This document shows positions 25,593-32,000 of a stretch of DNA of 32,000 bases, piece by piece; position 1 is the first letter of the stretch; each line of letters opens with the position of its first letter. Source of the DNA: Acidothermus cellulolyticus 11B. Lineage in GTDB: Bacteria > Actinomycetota > Actinomycetes > Acidothermales > Acidothermaceae. The position numbers and the translations under genes are program-made. The notes under the pieces are model-generated. The model did no database searches and was not told the origin of the DNA. It saw only the letters and a list, made by a program, of their open reading frames with translations. Where the stretch lies: NCBI RefSeq assembly GCF_000015025.1, contig NC_008578.1, positions 960,001 through 992,000 of the forward strand. Direction: 5' to 3'.

Positions 25593-26840
25593 ATGCAACC
25601 GGGGCGTGGAGGTGACTGGACGGTGATCGACGGTCCGGACGGCGGATATCGCCCTTCCGAGCGGGGTTTACGGCTGACCGGACACCATGATCTCGGCGGT
25701 CGGGGCGATGGGATGCAGGTGATGCGCTGGGGATCGGCGGTGTACGTCGGACACGTCGGCACCAGCCGCGCCGGCACGTCCGTCCTTGACGCCTCGGATC
25801 CGGAACGACTTCGACTCGTCGAGCAGTGGCCGGCCCCCAACCGTTCGCATACACACAAGGTTCAGGTCGCGGACGACGTGCTCCTCGTCAATCACGAGAA
25901 GTTCCCCTACCGCGTACCGGCCGACGGACCGGTCTCCGCGGGCGTAGCCATTTACGACGTCAGCCGCCCTCTGGAGCCCCGGCGGATCGCCTTCTGGGAG
26001 TGCGGCGGCATCGGGGTGCACAGGATCGTCTGGACCGGGGGACGGTATGCGCACATGTCAGCGACGCCGGCGGGTTTCCGGGACCGCATCTGGATCGTGC
26101 TCGACCTCGCTGATCCATTCCATCCGGTGGAGGCCGCGCGATGGTGGTGGCCCGGTCAACGGGACGACGAGGTGCCCGACTGGCCGGCGGAGCTGCGTTA
26201 CGCCGCGCACCATGCGTTGATCGCCGACGGACGGGCGTTCGTTGGCTATGGCGATGCGGGCATGGTGATCCTGGATGTCGCCGATATCACCCGGCCACGG
26301 TTGCTTCACCGTGTTTCCTGGCCGGACGGCGGCGATACCCACACCTGCCTGCCGCTGCCGGGGCGCCGTCTCATTGCTGTGACGGACGAGCAGGTCCGGG
26401 ACGGTCCCGGCGCGCCGCCACGGAAGATTCGGCTGTTCACGATGGACGATCCACCCCGGCTGGTGAGCGTGCTGCCGGCACCGGACGACGAGTTCGCGAG
26501 CCTGCCGCTGCGCTACGGTGCACATAATCTTCACGAGAACCGGCCGCGTTCCTACCAGAGCGAGGACATCCTCTTCGCGACGTATTTCAGCGCCGGGCTC
26601 CGTGTTTATGACATCAGCGATCCCGGGCAGCCGGTGGAAATCGCCCATTGGTGTCCGCCGGTGCCGCCGGGTCAGGCGGTGCCGCAGATCAACGATGTAT
26701 TCGTCGACCATGAGGGGCTCATCTGGGTGACGGATCGGCTGAACGGCGGCCTCTACGTGCTCGAGCCGGAACCGGAACTGCGGCGGCGGATGCTCCATCA
26801 CGCGCCACCCACCCGGTCCGGCGGCCCGAGAGGATGGTGA
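25593..26840 (+). CDS. LVIVD-repeat beta-propeller protein (COG5276-like), no signal peptide
   Basis: Repeated LVIVD-type units: VAIYDVSRPLEPRRI, MVILDVADITRPRLL, LRVYDISDPGQPVEI, TSVLDASDPERLRL. Confidence 0.68.
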   Translation: MQPGRGGDWTVIDGPDGGYRPSERGLRLTGHHDLGGRGDGMQVMRWGSAVYVGHVGTSRAGTSVLDASDPERLRLVEQWPAPNRSHTHKVQVADDVLLVNHEKFPYRVPADGPVSAGVAIYDVSRPLEPRRIAFWECGGIGVHRIVWTGGRYAHMSATPAGFRDRIWIVLDLADPFHPVEAARWWWPGQRDDEVPDWPAELRYAAHHALIADGRAFVGYGDAGMVILDVADITRPRLLHRVSWPDGGDTHTCLPLPGRRLIAVTDEQVRDGPGAPPRKIRLFTMDDPPRLVSVLPAPDDEFASLPLRYGAHNLHENRPRSYQSEDILFATYFSAGLRVYDISDPGQPVEIAHWCPPVPPGQAVPQINDVFVDHEGLIWVTDRLNGGLYVLEPEPELRRRMLHHAPPTRSGGPRGW

Positions 26841-27463
26841 TTCCGGTGAAGGCGCCGCGCATTTCGCTCGTGGATCCCGCATCGGCGGAAGGAGAGGTCG
26901 CGGAGATCTTCGCGCGTCAAGTAGCTCAATTCGGCACCGTGAGCAACTTCTACCGGACGCTGGCGCATGCCCCGGCCGCCATCGCATGCTGGACGACGAT
27001 GAATGCCGGGCTTCGCCTCCGCTACGTGACGGACGACCTGAGTTTCCTCCAAGTCGAACAGATGGCCATCATCAAGACGTCACAGCTCAACGGCTGTGAC
27101 TATTGCCTCGGTCACAATCTCGAGCTGGGCCGCGACGCGGGACTTAAGCCGCGCCAAATCGCCGCCGTACTCGGTACCGTGCCGGACGACGACGTGCTGA
27201 CCCCCGCGCAGCGGTGTGCGGTCCGGTGGGCGGAAGCGGTCACATTGCTCACCGCCGAAGACGACGACGAGCTTTTCACGGAACTGCGCCGGCACTTTTC
27301 CGAGCGCCAAATCGTCGAACTCACCTTCCTCATCGGCATGTGGAACTGCTCGAATCGGGTCAACCGTGCACTGCGGGTCGAGCTCGAGGCGCCGGAATGC
27401 CGACTCCACTTCGTCCGGCCAGCCGGCTCTCCGACCCGTACCGAAAGGGGGCGAGAGGGGTGA
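26834..27463 (+). CDS. Carboxymuconolactone decarboxylase (AhpD-like) family protein with CDYCLGH motif
   Basis: CMD-domain protein with LNGCDYCLGHN. The start overlaps the LVIVD stop (ATGGTGA) and the stop overlaps the next start (GTGA). Confidence 0.8.
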   Translation: MVIPVKAPRISLVDPASAEGEVAEIFARQVAQFGTVSNFYRTLAHAPAAIACWTTMNAGLRLRYVTDDLSFLQVEQMAIIKTSQLNGCDYCLGHNLELGRDAGLKPRQIAAVLGTVPDDDVLTPAQRCAVRWAEAVTLLTAEDDDELFTELRRHFSERQIVELTFLIGMWNCSNRVNRALRVELEAPECRLHFVRPAGSPTRTERGREG

Positions 27464-27966
27464 CCGAGCACGTCACATTCGTCGTCAACGGCGTGGAACG
27501 GACGGTGACAGGCTCTCCGGATGTCCCGCTGTTGTACGTGCTGCGGAATGATCTCGGTCTCATGGCAGCGAAATTTGGCTGTGGCATGGGACTCTGCGGC
27601 ACATGCACGGTTCTCCTCGACGGCCGTCCGGTGCATTCCTGCGACACGCCGCTGTGGGCGGCGGCCGGCAAGACCGTCGCCACGTTGGAGGGCATCCTGG
27701 ATGAACCGGTGGGCGCCGCCTTGGAACGAGGATTTCTTGACCACCAGGCATTGCAGTGCGGATATTGCACGGCCGGGATGATGGTCACTGCGGCTGCATT
27801 GCTGCGGGAGAAGCCCAATGCCGACGAGGACGCTGTTCGGGCGGCGCTCAGTCGCAATCTCTGCCGCTGCGGGGCACACCAGCGTATTGTCGCCGCAATT
27901 CGCAGCGCTGCGCAGCAACTCGCGAACAGTGCTTCCGCCGGCAACCCAGCGGAGGACGGCCAATGA
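27460..27966 (+). CDS. (2Fe-2S)-binding small subunit of molybdenum hydroxylase (IorA-type)
   Basis: Two [2Fe-2S] cysteine clusters: GCGMGLCGTCTV...SC and QCGYCTAGMM...LCRCGAHQRI. GTG 27460 is coupled to the CMD stop. Confidence 0.9.
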   Translation: MTEHVTFVVNGVERTVTGSPDVPLLYVLRNDLGLMAAKFGCGMGLCGTCTVLLDGRPVHSCDTPLWAAAGKTVATLEGILDEPVGAALERGFLDHQALQCGYCTAGMMVTAAALLREKPNADEDAVRAALSRNLCRCGAHQRIVAAIRSAAQQLANSASAGNPAEDGQ

Positions 27967-30104
27967 GCGGTTCGACGTACGCGGCATGGTTCGACCGGCC
28001 GAAGCCGAGCCTGGAGAGAAATCCGAAGCTCCTGAGGTGGCTGGATTTCGGCACCGAAGGCCGCATCACCGTCAAGACGGGGAAAGTTGAGCTGGGACAG
28101 GGGATTCTCACTGCGCTCGCCCAGATCGCGGCTGAGGAGCTCGACGTCGACATCCGTCGCATCGTCGTGGAGCCCAGCCGGACCGGAGTGAGTCCCGAAG
28201 AGGGATACACGGCCGGGAGTCTCTCCGTCCAGCACTCTGGTGATGCCATCCGCCAGGCCTGTGCGCATGCACGGGCGCTGTTCCTGCAACTGGCCGCTCG
28301 AGAGCTTGGTGTTGCTGCGGAGGCGCTGCGCGTCGACGACGGTGCCGTCGTGACGACCGATGGCCGCCGTACCGACTACTGGCGGCTCGCACGCTACCTC
28401 AACGAGGACATTGACGTCGATCCGACGGTCGCGCCGAAGAAGCCTGACGAGTACGTCATCGTCGGGCGTTCGCATGCCCGAGTGGACATTCCGGCCAAGG
28501 TGCGTGGAATTCCGCGGTTCATCCACGACATCCGCTTGCCGGGCCAGCTGTTCGGGCGGGTCGTTCATCCGCCGGCACGGGTTGCCACCCTGGTCGCGGT
28601 CGACGAAGCAGCCGTGACGGCGCTGCCAGGCGTTGTCCGCGTGGTACGCGAGAACAATTACCTGGGCGTCGTGGCTGAGCGTGAAGACATCGCCGTCCGT
28701 GCCGCCAAACTGCTCAACGAGAAGGCGCGCTGGAACGTCGAGCCCAGCCTGCCGGATGAGTCCCGGCTCGTCGATTACCTCACGTCGGCTCCTTCGGAGG
28801 AGAAGGTCTTGTACGAGAGCGGCGAGCCGGGCTCAATTTCCCGGTACCTGCGCCGGCGCTTCTCCCGCGGGTACATCGCCCACGCCTCGCTCGCGCCGTC
28901 GTGCGGTATCGCCCGGTGGGACGGCGACCGCTTGACCGTCTGGACGCACTCGCAGGGAATTTACGCGCTGCGTCAGGACCTTGCCCGGGCTTTTGGCCTG
29001 GACGAAAGGAATATCGAGGTTATTCACGCCGAGGGTGCTGGTGCGTACGGTCACAATCCGGCTGACGACGCGGCCTACGATGCAGCATGGCTGGCAGCTG
29101 CGGTTCCGGGACGGCCGGTTCACGTCATGTGGTCTCGTGAGGATGAGTTGTCCTGGGATCCGTTCGGCGCGGCGATGGTGGTCGACGTGACGGTGGGGCT
29201 CGACCCTGCGGGCGCCATCGCCCACTGGGAACAGCATGTGTGGAGCAACGGGTTCTCCAGCCGCCCCGGGATGTTGCCCGAACCCGCGTTCTTCGGCGCC
29301 TGGTACAAGGGTCGCACGACGTCCCCGATGGTCTCCGTGGATCCGCCGTTGAGCAACGGCGCGGGCTCGGGACGGAATGCGGTACCCGGATATGCCGTGC
29401 CCTCGATTCGGGTGGTGACGCACCGATTGCTTGAAATGCCGCTGCGGACGTCCTCGCTGCGTTCGCTCGGTGCTCACCTCAACGTGTACGCGATCGAGTC
29501 GGTCATTGACGAGGTCGCGCGGGAATCCGGACGCGATCCGGTCGAGTTTCGGCTCTCGATGCTCTCCGATCCACGCGCGCGACGCGTCGTGGAGACCGTC
29601 GCCGAGCGGGCCGGATGGGGGAGCGCGTTGCCCTCCGGCGGCGCCTGGGGGCGGGGCCTCGGATTTGCGCGGTACAAGAATATGGGTGCCTACTGCGCAG
29701 TTGTTGCCGACGTGGAGGCGGAGACTGACATTCGGGTGCGTCGGCTTACGATCGCTGTTGATGTCGGCCTGGTCGTCAATCCTGACGGCGTGCGCAACCA
29801 GATTGAGGGCGGCGCAATTCAGTCGGTGAGCTGGACAACGCTCGAGCAGGTGCATTTTGACCGCTATCGCGTCGTGACCAGTACCTGGGAGGATTACCCG
29901 ATTCTCGACTTTTCCCGGGTGCCGGACGTCGACGTGGTTCTCATCGATAATCCTGAGGCGCCGCCGGTCGGTTCCGGCGAAGCGGCAACAGGACCCACCG
30001 CAGCGGCCATCGGCAACGCGGTCGCCGATGCGCTGGGTGTTCCGGTTCGAGCCCTGCCCCTGGTTCCCGAGAACGTCGTGGCGGCATTGACGACCACGTC
30101 CTGA
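27963..30104 (+). CDS. Molybdopterin-binding large subunit of xanthine-dehydrogenase-family hydroxylase (IorB-type)
   Basis: 713 aa. IorB-like N-terminus (KTGKVELGQGILTALAQIAAEELDV) and C-terminal Mo-co binding blocks (NPDGVRNQIEGGAIQS, PPVGSGEAATGPTAAAIGNAV). ATG overlaps the small-subunit stop (ATGA). No twin-arginine signal. Confidence 0.88.
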   Translation: MSGSTYAAWFDRPKPSLERNPKLLRWLDFGTEGRITVKTGKVELGQGILTALAQIAAEELDVDIRRIVVEPSRTGVSPEEGYTAGSLSVQHSGDAIRQACAHARALFLQLAARELGVAAEALRVDDGAVVTTDGRRTDYWRLARYLNEDIDVDPTVAPKKPDEYVIVGRSHARVDIPAKVRGIPRFIHDIRLPGQLFGRVVHPPARVATLVAVDEAAVTALPGVVRVVRENNYLGVVAEREDIAVRAAKLLNEKARWNVEPSLPDESRLVDYLTSAPSEEKVLYESGEPGSISRYLRRRFSRGYIAHASLAPSCGIARWDGDRLTVWTHSQGIYALRQDLARAFGLDERNIEVIHAEGAGAYGHNPADDAAYDAAWLAAAVPGRPVHVMWSREDELSWDPFGAAMVVDVTVGLDPAGAIAHWEQHVWSNGFSSRPGMLPEPAFFGAWYKGRTTSPMVSVDPPLSNGAGSGRNAVPGYAVPSIRVVTHRLLEMPLRTSSLRSLGAHLNVYAIESVIDEVARESGRDPVEFRLSMLSDPRARRVVETVAERAGWGSALPSGGAWGRGLGFARYKNMGAYCAVVADVEAETDIRVRRLTIAVDVGLVVNPDGVRNQIEGGAIQSVSWTTLEQVHFDRYRVVTSTWEDYPILDFSRVPDVDVVLIDNPEAPPVGSGEAATGPTAAAIGNAVADALGVPVRALPLVPENVVAALTTTS

Positions 30105-30200
30105 ACATCGCCCCGGCTCGGCGCTTCGTCGGGCGACGGCCCGCGAACCTCGCGATTCCAAGGCCGCTCCGACTCGTGGCGCTCGATGGCGGCGCGAGCG

Positions 30201-30230
30201 TTGACAGTCGAGCCCCACGCTCGCTAAGGT
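30201..30230 (+). promoter_or_regulatory. Putative sigma-70-type promoter (TTGACA-N18-TAAGGT) of the dehydrogenase gene
   Basis: -35 TTGACA at 30201-30206 and -10 TAAGGT at 30225-30230, 40 nt before GTG 30270. Confidence 0.5.
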
Positions 30231-30235
30231 GATTA

Positions 30236-30247
30236 ACAAACGATTGC
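30236..30247. promoter_or_regulatory. Operator-like site D, ACAAACGATTGC
   Basis: Regulon motif 5 nt downstream of the putative -10, nearly the same geometry as site A. Confidence 0.55.
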
Positions 30248-30269
30248 ACGATGCAAGAGAGGAAGCCCC

Positions 30270-31214
30270 GTGGTGGACACCCCGCAACCGCTGCGCGTCG
30301 GCTGGATCGGAACCGGGCGAATGGGCTTCGCGATGGCTCGTCGCCTGGCTCGAAGCGGTATCAATCTCACCGTCTGGAATCGCACCCGGTCCAAAGCCGA
30401 ACCGCTCGCCGGTGACGGTGCGCGGGTGGTCGAGCGGATCGCCGATCTCGGCGGCTGTGACGTGGTATTCACGATGGTGGCCTCGTCGCCCGACCTGGAG
30501 GAGGTTCTCGCCGGCCCCGAGGGACTGCTCCGGAAGGCCGAGCCCAAGCCGCAGATCGTCGTCGATTGTTCGACCGTCTCGGTTGAGACCTCAGCGGCGA
30601 TGCGCACCACGGCTGCCAAGGAAGGCGTGCAATTTCTCGCGGCACCGGTTAGTGGTAACGATCGAGTGGTGGCAGCCGGAAAGCTCAGCATCGTCGCATC
30701 CGGTCCGCGTGAGACGTTCGACCGGGTCGAACCCCTGCTGCGCACCATCGGCAGCGCGGCCATCTACGCGGGCGACGGCGAGATAGCCCGGTTGGTGAAA
30801 ATTTGTCACAACCTTCTCTTGGCGGCGGTGATCCAATCGGTTGCGGAGACTGCTGTTCTGGCGGAACGGGCCGGCGTACCACGTGCGACGTACCTGGAAT
30901 TCATCAACGCGAGCGTCATGGGCTCGATGTTCACCCGATACAAGACGCCGAGTCTCGTGTATCTTGACTGGACTCCCACGTTCACTCTCGAACTGCTCCG
31001 CAAAGATCTCGATCTCGGTCTCGCTGCGGCTCGAGCACTGGACGTGCCAATGCCCGTTGCTGCAGTCACGCATGAAGTCGTGCAAGCCGCCCTTGGGCGC
31101 GGTCATCGCGGAGTGGATTTCGCCGTCCTCCTGCTCGAAGCAGCACGGAACGCCGGTTTCGAACCCGCTCCGGAGACTGCGCAGGTGGACGACGGACTCG
31201 GCGGCAATTCCTGA
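30270..31214 (+). CDS. NAD(P)-dependent beta-hydroxyacid dehydrogenase (3-hydroxyisobutyrate / tartronate-semialdehyde reductase family)
   Basis: Rossmann motif VGWIGTGRMGFAMARRL and LAAPVSGN. Catalytic-Lys context ARLVKICHNLL. RBS AGAGAGGAAG lies upstream. Confidence 0.85.
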   Translation: MVDTPQPLRVGWIGTGRMGFAMARRLARSGINLTVWNRTRSKAEPLAGDGARVVERIADLGGCDVVFTMVASSPDLEEVLAGPEGLLRKAEPKPQIVVDCSTVSVETSAAMRTTAAKEGVQFLAAPVSGNDRVVAAGKLSIVASGPRETFDRVEPLLRTIGSAAIYAGDGEIARLVKICHNLLLAAVIQSVAETAVLAERAGVPRATYLEFINASVMGSMFTRYKTPSLVYLDWTPTFTLELLRKDLDLGLAAARALDVPMPVAAVTHEVVQAALGRGHRGVDFAVLLLEAARNAGFEPAPETAQVDDGLGGNS

Positions 31215-31262
31215 ACGTCGCCGTCGCGCCGCGTGCCTCCGGCCCGGTTGCGAGCGGACTAT

Positions 31263-31303
31263 TATGATCCAGTCTGCAACCGTATGATCGCAGCCTGCAA
31301 CCG
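31263..31303 (+). repeat. Adjacent imperfect tandem repeat TATGATCCAGTCTGCAACCG / TATGATCGCAGCCTGCAACCG
   Basis: Read directly: 20-nt unit at 31263-31282 and 21-nt unit at 31283-31303, in the intergenic region upstream of the SRPBCC gene. Confidence 0.7.
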
Positions 31304-31360
31304 CTGAATTCCCGTCGAACGGCCCTGGTACCTGGAGTCGGTGAGGAGCACGATAGAGCC

Positions 31361-31831
31361 GTGACGGAGACCCAAGCTCTGGAAACGCCGCTGACGGTTG
31401 AGCCGGTCCACGTCACGTTCGTTCCGCAGCGGGTCGAGCTCACGGCGGACCTTCGGCTTGGCGCCATGCGACGGCGGGTCTTCGACGCGCTGCTGCAGCC
31501 GGCGACGTGGTGGCCGTTGCAGCGCGGCGCGGTCGTCGTGGAACCCCGCGTCGGCGGCCGGGTGTACGTGGATTACGCCGACGGTTGCGGGGTGCTGCTC
31601 GGGCACGTCACGCGGTTGCTGCCGCCCGAGGAGTTCGTCGTCGCAGGTGCTTTCGGCCTTCCCGGACCGGCGATCGGGGTGTGGGAGACGCGTCTGTCAA
31701 CGGAAGACCGCACCACTCGATTGGTCGCCCGGCTCTGCGTGGTCGGCGAGGTTGACGAATCGGCCCGCCGCGGGCTGCTCCGGGACTGGGACGCCGCGTA
31801 TGCCGCGCTCGCCGCGCACTTTCCGGCATGA
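31361..31831 (+). CDS. SRPBCC-superfamily (AHSA1-like) protein
   Basis: 156-aa ORF with the AHSA1-like pattern (RRVFDALLQPATWWP..., EPRVGGRVYVDY). The stop overlaps the next ATG. The family call is tentative. Confidence 0.6.
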   Translation: MTETQALETPLTVEPVHVTFVPQRVELTADLRLGAMRRRVFDALLQPATWWPLQRGAVVVEPRVGGRVYVDYADGCGVLLGHVTRLLPPEEFVVAGAFGLPGPAIGVWETRLSTEDRTTRLVARLCVVGEVDESARRGLLRDWDAAYAALAAHFPA

Positions 31832-32000
31832 CCGCTCGCGACGCTGCGGAGACGCCACCCGCTCCGCCCACGCTGCGCGACGTGGTCGCCGTCCTCAATC
31901 AGTTGTATCCGCCGGCCCTCGCGGCCGAGTGGGACGCCGTTGGGCTGGTCTGCGGTGAGCCCAGCCAGGCGGTCCGCCGGATTCTCTTCGCAGTAGACCC
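31828..32000 (+). CDS. Nif3-family dinuclear-metal-centre protein, 3'-truncated by window edge
   Basis: Not in the ORF track because it is too short. ATG 31828 (ATGA overlap) opens MTARDAAETPPAPPTLRDVVAVLNQLYPPALAAEWDAVGLVCGEPSQAVRRILFAVD, the characteristic Nif3 N-terminal motif. Confidence 0.7.
   Translation, partial: MTARDAAETPPAPPTLRDVVAVLNQLYPPALAAEWDAVGLVCGEPSQAVRRILFAVD

Noticed and set aside
31155-31166. GGTTTCGAACCC, similar to the T-arm of tRNA-Val, as a possible attR for a tRNA-integrated island
   Set aside because: Only ~9 contiguous matching nt, with an indel. It lies inside the dehydrogenase coding sequence. No integrase gene is present, so this is insufficient for an att site.
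1-32000. CRISPR arrays, rRNA, IS elements or transposases, integrases, toxin-antitoxin or known defence modules
   Set aside because: Reading both strands, I found no spaced identical repeats, rRNA-like segments, DDE or tyrosine-recombinase-like ORFs, or defence-type domains (nucleases, ATPases, methyltransferases).

Overview
High-G+C actinobacterial chromosomal window; the exact taxon cannot be determined by eye. The first ~14.9 kb looks like core genome. It holds the 3' part of a TerC-family membrane protein gene. Next is a LacI-type araR with two palindromic operators, divergent from araB-araD-araA. Then comes a minus-strand type-II fatty-acid synthase locus: fasR-like PucR regulator, then fabD-fabH-acpP-fabF-accD6, with FabD carrying an extra C-terminal biotinyl/lipoyl-like domain. 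A hypothetical gene, a pirin, a DUF3052 protein and tRNA-Val(TAC) follow. From the tRNA to ~31.3 kb lies a ~16-kb accessory-looking metabolic block. It encodes a nitrilase-superfamily hydrolase, a cupin, RidA, a 4-gene NitT/TauT-type ABC importer and a DHPON-hydrolase-like alpha/beta hydrolase. It also encodes two CxxC carboxymuconolactone-decarboxylase (AhpD-like) proteins, a second LacI regulator and a signal-less NMT1/THI5-like binding-fold protein. The block ends with a tightly coupled operon (LVIVD beta-propeller, CMD, and the IorA/IorB-type two-subunit molybdenum hydroxylase) and a beta-hydroxyacid dehydrogenase. The window closes with an SRPBCC protein and the 5' end of a Nif3-family gene. 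I found no rRNA, CRISPR, transposase, integrase, phage or recognisable defence genes. The most interesting signal is a 12-nt CG-centred near-palindrome (RCAAACGRTTGC) present five times, always in non-coding DNA in front of transcription units of the accessory block. This ties them into one putative LacI-controlled regulon. I interpret the regulon (inference only) as an uncharacterised uptake and catabolic system for an N-heterocyclic (pyridine/pyrimidine-like) compound. Many long antisense ORFs in the track are high-GC artefacts.
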